The translations under genes were made by a program, and so were the position numbers. The notes beneath the pieces are model-generated. The model was not told the origin of the DNA. It was given only the letters and a program-made list of their open reading frames with translations, and made no database searches. A stretch of 64,000 nt of DNA from Oikopleura dioica (Eukaryota; Animalia; Chordata): contig OU015569.1 in the NCBI GenBank assembly GCA_907165135.1, positions 4,216,001 through 4,280,000 of the forward strand, written 5' to 3'. Shown here piece by piece: positions 13,474-25,166 of the stretch (its first letter is position 1; each line of letters opens with the position of its first letter).

Positions 13474-13858
13474 TTAAGTGTCCTAAATAGTTGCTATTTC
13501 CTGCAGAGTTAAATTGGCTCTGAACCGGGTCGTCTTCAGTAGTCAGTGATAACTGGAAAAGGAGGAAGCCAATTAAGAACCTTTTCGCATTTGGAAATAA
13601 CATCAGTTCCGTTTATTTTCGATGCGAAAAGCCAACATCGTCATGGTTATCGTATTCGTGTAAGGCAAACCTTTTTCCTCACCTGCTCTTATTACGTTTC
13701 CAACACATTTATCTTCAGTTCTCAAAAATTGTTATTCTACTTAATAATGCATTCAACCAAATTCATTAGAAATATTATTAAATAACGAATACCAACCTGT
13801 GTGACATTGCATTCGACGCATTGAACTGACTTTTCTCCTTTGCAGAGTGGCGTAGAGA

Positions 13859-16800
13859 ATGAAATCGGCAGAGGGGCAGAAACCCCGAATAAAAATCATT
13901 AATAAAGAAGACAATGGCCGGATAAGTTACGTCAAGTGCTTTGGAAACGAAGATGGTAATGAACTTTTAAATGTGGCCAATGCAGTGGAACTCTTCAACA
14001 AATACGGAGAAGATGCAACTAAAGCACTCGCTATTTTTGGTAGTGGCTGTTCGACTGTCAACCGACCGGCGAGATTCTTCGTTCTGAAGACGGATCCTGG
14101 AACCCCTATCCAGCCTCAACAACTTGTACGTGTTTTTAAATTTTAAAAAGTTTCATTCTGTGCGTAGGGAGCCACTCCAGTTTTCATTTTGCCGCAACAG
14201 CCCGTGAAAAAATTCTCCCCAATCCTTCCCAGACCGGTCAATGAACTTCGACCTGGGGGTAGCGGATCTCCGTCACTGGTTCCAAAAACTGAACTAGTAG
14301 CCGGCTTCTCTGGTGCATTAATAACGGGAAAAATGGCGCCGAAACCGATTGCGCCTAAGATCTTGCACGATGTTCAACAAGCCCGAGTGGAGAAGCAGCA
14401 GGAAGTAGAGAACGAAAATGATCGTTGGATGCAGGATGAAATCGAGGCTGTAAAGCAAGAAACCGATGCAACTGAAGAGATGGTTCAAGACTTAGCCGAA
14501 ACGCATGTTGTCAAGCAGGAAGATATCCAAGTAGCAGAAGACTGTTACGTGCAAAATGACAAAGTGGACGAGTTACTGCGTGCTTGTAAATTTGTTGAAG
14601 GCGGACTGGACAATAGTTTTGATGATGAAATACCGATTCCACTTGAGAATTCGATAGTTGAGTCGACAAAAACAAGACAGGAAGAGCCTCCGAAACCAGT
14701 GGAGCTTGCAAAACCACCAGAAGAACCCGTAAAGAAAAAGAGAGGAAGGCCCAAAGGATCGACCAAGAAAAAGATAGAAGAGCGAAAGAAGGAATTGTAA
14801 GTCTTATTAAATTTTCGTTTACTCACTGGGAGATGATTAGGGAGGCCCAAGGAATTCAGCCGAAGAAGAAAGCAGCGCCAAGGAAAAAGCTTGGTCGACC
14901 ACCAAAAGCCAAACCAGCGGCGAAAACAGCGAAAACTAAGAAGAAAAACTTCCCGATGCCAATTCTAATGCCAGACTCGTCAAGTTCCTCCTCCGGCTCA
15001 GACACGGAATCATCAGAGCCACCTTCATCTTCGGACTCCTCTGAAGACGAAGGGCCTCGTGTTAGCAAAATCAAGATGCCCGGAGAGTCGTTAGATAAGG
15101 TTAAAAAGCCTTCCAATGCGGCGAGATTAAAGACTCCTTCCAAGCCAGATCCTCCGATGCCACCTCCAAAAGCAAAATCACCACAGCGGGAGCAACCCCG
15201 AAAGGCCTCACTTACGAAGGAGCCCCCACAGCTCAACTCAAATTTGAAAGCGCCCCTCAAAAAATCCCAAACAACTAGTAAGCCTGAGCCGGCAAAGAAG
15301 ACCGTACCCGTCATCAGTGAACGAATCAAATTTTATAAGACCGTGGAGCAGATCGGCCACGACAAGCTTGAGCCTACTGGCTATATTCCTGGACAACTTA
15401 TTCAAGAAATCGAGCAAGCCGTGAGTAAAGGGTGTAACGGTGTAAATGAATTCGCGCGGAAACTTGTTGGGATGAAGACAATGGGCCACGAAGGAAAATT
15501 CATTATTTCTGACGAAGTGAATGGAAAACTTGGAGAGAGTGCGTTATGCAGAGCTGCTTCCATACGAGTTGCCAAGGGAGGCCCTTCTCTTATAACATCG
15601 CTTGTTCAAATCGCTGGAGCCGATACGCATCAAACTAACTCGAGTGGAAATACGGCACTGCATGTTGCCGCGGAGAATGGTATTCCTGGAAACGTAGCCA
15701 CACTGCTCAGTTTCAAAGCGCCTATCAACACTCGCAATAACAAAAAAGAGTCGGCTCTGTTGCTGGCTGTCAAACGCGCAACTAAATTTGAGAAGCTTTA
15801 CCTCAAGTGAGTTTTTAAGATTAGGGAACTAGATGCAAAAACTTTTTTATAGGATGACGGATATGAAAGACTTCAAAAATGAATGGAACGACGCCTTTCG
15901 GTGCGTGGAAATGCTCCTTAGTGCGGGTGCAGCTATCGACAAACACATAATGGATGCAGCGGAAACATCATCTGCTGCTGACCTTCTGTGTTTATATCAC
16001 TATACGATAGTCGAAAATGTCTATATGTTCGCAAAGAAGACACTTGGAAAGGCAAATTTGACGGTGCACGATAAGCTTCTGTACTCAACAACAATTGTCC
16101 CTCGCGATCAAAATGTTTTTGAATTCACGATTGAGCCGGTTGAATTTTTAAGGCCGTTTATGTTTCTGGTGAGATATTCGCAGTTACTCAGCTGATAATT
16201 AACTTTTAATCAGACGCTCTTCGCAGTTCATGGCAAATTTGAGGGATTCTCATCTGATCTAGAAAAACTAAAAGATATGCGACTCTCTGGTAATCCATGT
16301 TTGGTCAGAGATGCCAGGTGGCACCAACCAGATAATCACTCCAAGAAGTTCAAGATTATATCACTTGATGGATTTCCGAGCTATTCTGTATCGGTATTTC
16401 CCAAAAAAAAAATATTTCCTGAGTTCTCAAAATCATCTTTCAGGGCCCCTTTGAACCGGGCAAAGACATTGACAAATATGAGGACTGCGTGGACGATGAA
16501 CATTTCATAACATTCTTGAGCTACACTCCATATCGTGAAAATAAATATACTCTATCAATTGCGCCAGGTATTTGATTTCATCGAATGAATCTTGCCTAAC
16601 CGATAAATAAAGCGCATTGGACCGACGAAATTCTTTTCCTTGCAGTCTACCCAAGTGATATCCAGATCTCTGACGCAACGTTCCAAAAAGGCGCTCCAGA
16701 AATTTTGCGCCAGAAAGAACGAGCTTATGCAAAGTGGGAAAGAGCGATAGAACGGGCCAGAGTCGGCAAGTACCATTGGGAGGTACGGAAATGCTCTATC

Positions 16801-16900
16801 GTGCTAATCGAATCTAACACTTAAATTTCAGCGAGAATTCCCAGGTGAAGAGTGCCCTCTTTTTCGGAGGGGCGTCAATTTGAACAAATTAAAACACTAG
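13859..16900 (+). CDS. Nuclear ankyrin-repeat protein with AT-hook-like motifs and a C-terminal domain resembling MPP8 (MPHOSPH8)
   Basis: KRGRPKG and LGRPPK motifs; ankyrin repeats GESALCRAA, GNTALHVAAENG..VATLL, KESALLLAV; C-terminal LFAVHGKF..RLSGNPCLV..DEHFITF..NK resembles MPP8 LFIFHANF..RLCGPCSV..DSHFVYSF..NK. Confidence 0.6.
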
Positions 16901-17189
16901 CTTACATTATTCTGTCCTGAAAACTACTGATTTTTTATCTTCTTCTACTTGATACACTGCCTAAAATTTCCTTCCTTGGTTCATTCAGTTAACCAGGCTA
17001 CACTTTCATCACTGACCACTTTTTCTTCAAAGACAAGCTCACTGCTATACGACTCGTCTCAAGCCTGAATTCGAAAGTTTTCTGCTGAAGTAATAAAAAT
17101 TCTACCGATGAGACGGCTCACAAGTTTTGTCTGTCTGGTGGTGCAAAAATAATTTTATTCTGGTTATAGACTTCGAACTAAGGGTTAAA

Positions 17190-18127
17190 ATGAGAACGTT
17201 CGTTCTATCGCTTTTCACGCTTGCCACAGCGATATCCGATGCTGAAAAGTCACTCGGTAAATTTTTGGTGAATCGAACTGATCCAGTCGAACCTTGCTTC
17301 AGAGCCGAGTTCGTCATAAAGGTAAGAAGAAGTGAGTGCAGTTAATGACGATTATTCAGTTTCGGAATGGGGGAGATACAGTCGACTTCACGGATATCAA
17401 GCCAATTCTCGGGCTCAACAATGATAATGTCAACAACATAACCTCCAACTGTGATCGATTACAAATAGATAATATCCCCAATGAAAGCGGTGGAAGCTTC
17501 TCTTTGGCAATCGACATCAATGTGAGTTGATCATCATCCGAAGTAGCTCTTATTTTTTATTAAGATCAGAGAAGAAGCTGAAGGAGCTGACTGGTGGGAG
17601 GTCAATGAAATCAATTACACTGGATACGATACCGAGGGAAATGATCTTGGAACATTCAAAAATGATTCTATGCAGCGAATTTCCGCACCTCTTGCTGGTA
17701 CTTGGGGACAGGTTGTTATTATTAAAAATTACTTGATTAAAATTTATCTACAGTCGTTCCTGTGCAACGCTGGCTTCGATGTTGAACTCTGGAATGAAGA
17801 TCAGGACAAGTTTGTGACAATCAATCTAGCTCGTCTTCAAATTCAGCCGCACAAAGTCCCGGAAGATACATTTGCCAACCCCGTGATCTGCGAAGAAGGC
17901 AAGAGTTTCTGTTATAGAATTTCATTTAAAATTTTATGCTTCAGACATCAATATCGTCATCCCCGCCATCGTCGGGTCAATTCTTGGCGTTCTTGTTCTC
18001 GTCGTTTTGGTGAGCTATTTTAACTTGATTCTCCTTCCCCTAAATCATTTATTGTGATTAATTTTTTATTCAGGTGACTTACATCATTGGGCGCAAGAGA
18101 ACGCGCATCGCGTACCAAGAAATCTAG
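17190..18127 (+). CDS. LAMP: LAMP-family lysosomal membrane glycoprotein, single luminal domain
   Basis: Signal peptide, NxS/T sites, LQIQP..F..PVICEE, TM IVIPAIVGSILGVLVLVVLVTYII, tail GRKRTRIAYQEI* (YxxPhi). Confidence 0.9.
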
Positions 18128-18666
18128 CTCTTCAGAGATTCTCCTTTTTCGTCTTTTTCTTCTTTATGCAACCAGAATATCAAAATCAAACGCCGAAATA
18201 ATTCAGTTCGTCATCTTTATCCTCAAAATTTAACAACAATAACTTGTGCTCTACTTTGTAGAATCTGCAAGTACTTTTCTGTTTATAAAAATGTGTGTCT
18301 AATTGACGAGAGTAAGCCTCCTAAACTCTCACTCGCCGTCAGAGGGCGATAGGATTTCCAGAAGATAGAAATTACACATGTTCTACTCGATTTTCTACGT
18401 CTAGAATTCCTAAACGGATAAACACTTCACATTCACCAAAATTCCTTCTAGCGAATTAAAAATTGATCTCAAAACGCTACTAAGGATCCTCACTCTACTT
18501 TCTATTCCAAAAATAATGGACTTCTTCCTTGATTTTTAATCTCTATTTTTTTTCATTGTCTTTAAATTTTCTTTATCGTGTCACTTTGCCATTTCTCTTC
18601 AAAAATACAAAACGATCCAAAACAAGCAACGTCGATTTCATTCTTTTCCCATCGAATTGGTTCAGA

Positions 18667-20243
18667 ATGATTCGTACTAGAATACTCAGATCATCAGGTC
18701 TTCTTGTTAGTCTTGGTAAATTGTTGGTCTTTAATTCCATACCTCCTCATGTTTTAGTATTAGTACCGAAGAGTGCATCACTTAGAAATACTGTTTTGGC
18801 CAAATCCTCTGAGCGCTCTTTCCGGGCAACAGATCATTTACGCCAAGACGCGAGCGAAAAGCAGTTAGAAAATATCCTGCGTAAAGGCACTAGTCAAAAA
18901 CATAATTTGATAATTCGCAAGTTTTGGGATCCATGATCGACGTTCTCCTCTTGCATGATAATGACTAGGGCGAAAGCGGATCAGTCGGCAGATGTATCTG
19001 AGAGGGCCACTCTTATGACACAGGCAGTAGAAGTCGCGGAAACAATTGAAATGCCATTCGGACATCAAGCTAAACTTTACGAAATGGCTGCGAACGCGCA
19101 CTACCAGCGAGAAAACTGGGACTTTGCCGAAAAGTACTTCCTTATCGATTCTTTGGGTTAGATAGATTTGCATAAAAAATTTATGTTTTATAATTGCATT
19201 GTCGCTCAAGTAACTCGCGGAACCAAGTAATAGTAATCGATACAGCTCCCCTTATATGTCTCTAGTCAGCCATTAAATATTTATATATACACAATATGTC
19301 TAACCCACTCGTTGCTATTAATCGATATGTACAAGCAGGAATAGGAAAGGGTGTATTATAAAAATCATAATTTTTTTGCTATCGATCCGCAGGATTTGCC
19401 GTCAAAAGTGAATTACTATAGATCCGTATTAGAGCCGAAGTCGCCGCAAATCATTCACATTTCGCTTTCACTAAGGTAAAAAGAGCTTTAGCTGACTAGC
19501 AATCACGTTTTTTATCAAGCCATGTTTTCTTCCATCGAAACGATCTTCCCAAGGCTAGATCTGGCTTTCACTGGTGCAAAGATGAAGCGAAGAAAATCCT
19601 TGATTCTGATAATTCTACAAATGCAAAATCTCTGTATGGTTTAGCTTTGGACGCACTTGGTCGATTTTATTATCAGTTTCTGGGTAGAATAGAAGGACTC
19701 CAAAGGAAATCCCCTTTAATGATGTACTATCTTTTATCCAATGTAAGACCGGACATCAACAAGAAGCTCTGGGACTTATTCGAGAAAGCATTAATTTAGC
19801 GAGGGAAATCGAACCGGGAAACAAAGAACGTATCGGCGTCTTGACTATCAACATGTCTTCTATTCTCGTAGACTTGGGCGAAATCTCTGAAGCTCTTTCA
19901 CTGCTTGGTTTGGACGGTTTATCTTTTGATTGTTATTGTGTTTTTTTAAGAAACTCTTATCCCTAAAAATCCGGAAGATATGGACTCGACAGCGGTGCAA
20001 GCATTAGGAATGGTTTTTATCGTTTTGATGCTTTACTTCATTTTAATACTTTTTTCTGAGATAGAGCGATAAATAACCATGCATTCAGTTAATATGTCGA
20101 TCATACACGAAGGAGACCGCGAAAAGAAGCAAGTGAAAGAATGCCTGAGCCGCGCAAAGTCGGGAGCTCTTAAACTTGATTCTGCTGAATTACTTTATCT
20201 TGTTAAAAGACATGCTGCCAAATTTAATGTAACACTGAGCTAG
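18667..20243 (+). CDS. TTC19: TTC19-like mitochondrial TPR protein
   Basis: Arg/Ser/Leu-rich presequence MIRTRILRSSGLL; TPRs LYEMAANAHYQRENWDFAEKYF, IHISLSLSHVFF..ARSGFHWC, LYGLALDALGRFYY paralleling TTC19. Confidence 0.7.
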
Positions 20244-20314
20244 ACTGACTCTTTCTGTCTTCATTCTCAAGAAGAATAAATGATAGCTGTCATTAAAGAA
20301 ATTTCATTTAGATA

Positions 20315-23159
20315 ATGCACAATGGAGATGGGATAGAAAGGCATGAGAAAGATGAAAATTTAATTGAAATTACAAAAACGACGCTTGAGATAAAAATTAA
20401 ACACCTGCGAAAAATTAGAGAGCTGACAGACGAAGGAAACCTAAAAGATATCGTTGACGATGTTCACGAAACCGAAAAAGATGTAAGCTCTTCAGACAAA
20501 AACCTGCTAACCACACATCGCTTTAGATCCTAGAAACTATTGCCGTGCTTATAGTCCTAAAGAAACGATTTTCTGTAAAAACGCAAACTAAACTTCTTCC
20601 TACGTACTTACTCCAGCTGGCATCATTCTCACTCAGGTAACGCATACTGTAAATGTTGATAGAAATGAGTTTTAGGGATTGGTGTATCGCCCTGGGGATT
20701 TCTGAAAGAGGCGGAGCAAAGATCGTGCAGAAGTTCGAAACCGACATTCTTGGTTTTTTGGAACTTTCAAATTGGGGCCGTTCGGGGGTTGGCTCGCACG
20801 CTGAATTGAGCGAGGAGAGTTTCAGAAAACAACTCACTCTTATAAAAGTATTTCTTTCTAATCGTTACGAACTTAGTACATGCGTTAAGGGAATTTCGGA
20901 GGAAGATGTCCGACGACTCTGGCATGCCAATCACAATCTCGCTCATTTAATTGATGCTCTGGAGCAGAGCAACGACTACTGTATTTTCTCGGCAGTCCGA
21001 CAGTTAACTGGAAAAAATGGCTATGACGCCACAATCAAAGAAGTAATCAACTCTAAAGAATAAGATCGTTAAACCGCTTTTAGCATTTTTGGTCGAGCTG
21101 GAAGCATGTAGATAGAGGTCAACTTGATACTGGTGATAGACGATAGTACGGGTTTTGTTATTGTACATTTTCGTTTAATATTTTTTAGTTCATCAGAAAG
21201 TTCCGAAGCAAGTGCGCACTCACCAGGTCTTCAGGATACGTCGACCAGTTCCGTATTTAGTCCGCTTCCGAAGATGAAGTCGCCAGAATCGAGCCATTCC
21301 AGATACGCACGGGACTCAGGTCTTGGAGACTCACAGCTCAAAAGCTTCTCAAAGCGTCTGCGACGATCGCAAGACACTTCTCGACTTTCTCCATCTTCAT
21401 CTAGAATCTGTGAAAATAGTATCATCGATCCATTTGCAGGTTATAATATTTCAAAATACAACAAGACGTCTTAATTGCATTTCGTAGAATCAAGTGCTAA
21501 AAGAAAAGAAGGTGTTTTTTCGTATCCAGATGCTCAGTCGACGCCCTATGTTAGAAATCCGAAACTGGCATTTACTGACAGAAGTCCTTTGCCACTCAAT
21601 ATCAACGACCTCTCGATGAATGACTCGATTAATGATGATAAACCATCGTGTTTGGTAAGTAAAAAAGTTCTCTTCCACTATAACTTCTCTATCTCTAGGC
21701 TTCTTATGATACATTTCATCATACGGAAACAGAGACAGATTCTGTGCAGGAGCTAAAAAACCCTCCTCGAACTCGAAACCGCTCTCAAGAAGTCCAAGAT
21801 CGAACCTCCGCCTTCAGAAACAAAAAGACTGCGTTTAAATCAATGCTTGTTGATTGGGAGGTGCATTTTGACGATCTTATCCTGGAAAGAGAACTTCCAG
21901 GCGGTCGTTTCGGTACCAAATGCCACATTTGCAAGTGGCACGGGAAATGTGTCATACGGTAAAATCCCCATTCAATAGTGATTGTTCATTTGTTTCCTCT
22001 TCAGCGTCGCGAAAGTTGATCTCAAGCCAGAAAATCCAAATGTACAAGCATTTAAACAGGAACTTCATCATTTCAAAAAAACTCGGCATGATAATGTGGA
22101 GTTATTTCTTGGCGCCTGTTTAACTCCACCAAATCTTGCAATTTTAACAAGATACTACCAAGGACCAAGACTTGATAAAAAGATAAAGGAGGAATCCCTA
22201 TCGCTAGGTAATTTACATAGTTTTAAGGAATAAAATATTGTTGACCTAGAAAACGCACGCCTTCTCGCTGATCATATAATTAACGGACTCAAATATCTCC
22301 ATGCCAAGGATATCCTTCACAAAGATCTTCGACCTGCGAATATAATGTATGATCTCGTCGGCAAGGTAACATAGTTAGAAGATAGTCCACAGCGTAATAA
22401 ATTTTATTAAGGCGGTCATAAAGGGCCTCGGTCTGGCAACGGTGTCTGCTTTAACTGGTGTTGGCTCGATACAGAAGAATCCTGCAACCGACAAATATTA
22501 TATTGATGTGCCTACAGATTGGATTCATCGTCTCTCACCAGAGCTCGCCACGATTGACCTTGAGAAATGTCAAAAATCATCCATCATTCCCAAGGTAGCA
22601 GGTTCTTTCTTCAATAACAGCTATAGTTTTTACAGCTAAACTATTCGAAAAAGTCGGATATTTACGCCTTTGGAGTATTATGGGCCGAGCTTATGCAAGC
22701 CGTTCATCGATCTACGCAGCCAGCCCCGCTTAGCCTGATGCTAGAAAATGACTTCAACTCGTCCCGCAGAGTTGAGAAGACGGAGCTGCGAATTGACTTG
22801 AACACGCCGCCTACTGACAATTTCGAAAGTAAACTTTTCAACGCCGGGTTAGGAAGAAAGATAGAAGTTCCTGATCCAATTCAGGATCAAGCACGCTGCC
22901 TAATCAATAGGTAATTACTTTCTCGCTTGAGCCAGGCTTGCGACCTCTGGGAGTCCTAGAGTAGGAATGAATGAATCACGCTATGGTTATGGAAGGGGCA
23001 CTTTTATGTTATTGAACTAAACAAATGAAATTAAGGTGCGTCGAGAGATCCCCCGCAAATCGCCCAGACTGTGAATGGATCGCCGAGAGACTTGATAAAG
23101 TTCAGCCGAACGCAGGACGTTTGACTCGCAGGTGCACTTACACTGCTCATCGTTCGTAG
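20315..23159 (+). CDS. KSR: KSR-like pseudokinase scaffold (CC-SAM-like N-terminus + RAF-family kinase fold)
   Basis: MLVDWEVHFDDL..GGRFG..KWHGKCVIR (Arg for the VAIK Lys), FKKTRHDNVELFLGAC..PPNLAI, LHKDLRPANI, SDIYAFG, ending INRCVERSPANRP..HRS*. Confidence 0.85.
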
Positions 23160-23926
23160 AAATGTCGTATTATTCTGTAATGAATCATCGTAGAATTTTA
23201 AGACCATTCCCTGAAGGTTTTTAAAGAGCCCTGGCCAATATGATATTGGCTATATAATTATTTACCGAATACATGTCTCTATAAAAATTATCGAGACATT
23301 GAGAAACGCCGAATATTTCCTCTTTACCCCGCAAACATACACTCTTCTGTGATCTAAAAAGGCCGTTAACGAATCGGTGCTTTATTTTTATTCATTCATT
23401 CCTGGTATCATTGTTATCTTCTGTATATCTGTTTCATTTGTAAATTTTTAAATATCATTCTTTATTGTACCCTGATCCATGGCTATTCCCTACTTACAGT
23501 TCTATCTGCCCGCTGTTGCATATGAAGGAGTTTGACTACGCGATACTCATGATATAAATTATAATATAAATATTTGTGGTACTAAGCTTATGCCGAAAAA
23601 GTGCCGTTAGTAAAGAAGATAGCCAATTAAAAACAGTTTATTTATCCGAGATAATTTTTAAATATGTTGGACTCCTTAAATTCTCGAACGAACCCCTTAT
23701 TAAACGCATCAATGTCTGTGTAAATCTATCTCATCAAAATAATTTCTGTGCCTGGCACATAATTATTTTACGTTTGTTGAATTCTCATCTGTTATTCAAG
23801 TACTGTCTCTATAATTGACCTTTTCCTTTGAATAGGGGCGTTTCCTCGCCCTCTCTTATCCGAGATCGCCGAAAAAGTGGATTTTCATTCCCGCAAAAGG
23901 TTTTAAAAAATTGATAGTAGAGATCT

Positions 23927-24712
23927 TCATAAACTCTGTGATAGCCCTTCAATCATACGAGACAGAAGCAATTGCGACGAATCGAGCGAATCGATGAGCA
24001 CTTGGATTCCAAACTTGCAGCTCTCTTCAGTTCGAACAACTAAATCGACAATTAAATCTTCATTTATGCACTTTTCCTTTGCTTACTACCCGTCCAATCC
24101 CTTCCTTTTTTCAAATAACTCTTCAAGAAAGTCTGTCACTTTTACCTGACCTAGGACAGCTGTTTTTCTTTCTTCCTGATGTATTCATATCAGTTTCGCA
24201 TCATCACAATTAGCTCATGCGCGTAATAATACAAAATTGTACTCTATGAATACAAGGTCGTTTTGTTCTACCCAATCTCTTTCTTCGAATACTTCAAAAA
24301 TGTTCAGAATCTATATATTTTCTTCCGAATTCAACGAATCTTATCTTCAACCTTGTCTCGCTTCTTCCGCAAGCTCGCAAGAGTCGCTTTTATTCACACA
24401 TAGTATCTTCAAATCTAGTACAATATGCTTCCATTGACCTCACTCTTCATTTTCCACGAAAATCTAGGCGAAACGCCGAAAATACCTTTGTCAACCATGT
24501 ATACAATTTAGAACTGATGAGTATTTCGGACACATCGATGTAGAAATCTGCCTGGTGGCCAACATCTGATCCGATATAGAAGCTGGATAAATGGTTCAAG
24601 TGAATTCTTACTGTTATTTTACCCACTATTTATTACCTTCTATTTCCGCGCCTTTTAGGTCACGGTTGAAAAGGAGCGCAACAAACATTTGTTCAGCCCA
24701 CCGTTGACCCAT
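23927..24712 (-). CDS. Uncharacterised multi-exon gene
   Basis: Minus-strand exons MGQRWAEQMFVALLFNRDLKGAEIE / VRIHLNHLSSFYIG..WLTK / ..ILNIFEVFEERDW.. / ..VTDFLEELFEKRKDWT / VVRTEESCKFG..QSL*; ends approximate. Confidence 0.4.
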
Positions 24713-25166
24713 TTCACAACTGACCCCTTTACCCTCTTTGTCGCCTTCTGTGACTTAGTTCTTGGTCCGTATAAGCAATCTCAAACTGAACAATTCACTC
24801 AATTTAATACAGCAGAATCCAGAAACTTGATTGATTTTTTTTTCTTATCAATAGAAATTAAGAACTAAGGAATGTTCCGTCTAACGAACAAAGGGAGCCA
24901 AAGTAGGAATAATCACAAGATTCTTCATCAAACAACGAAGATTTCTGATCATGTCAATGTTCTGAGTGGGGTTAAAATTATTTTAAAAGTTTATGCGCCC
25001 AAAATAACTTCGATTAATATCCATTGAAAAGCATTATTAATTCCTTCTACAGCCAGCAACTGCGCTCAAGACAACTGCAGAAGAGACTGTTACAAAGACG
25101 CTTGTCCCTAACCATCAGCTTCCTGCGCCTGTAAATGACGCACTCGCTCATGCGCAAACTCCTCAA

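Noticed and set aside
14856-15329. 157-aa Gly/Phe-rich minus ORF
   Set aside because: Shadow of the Pro/Lys-rich plus exon
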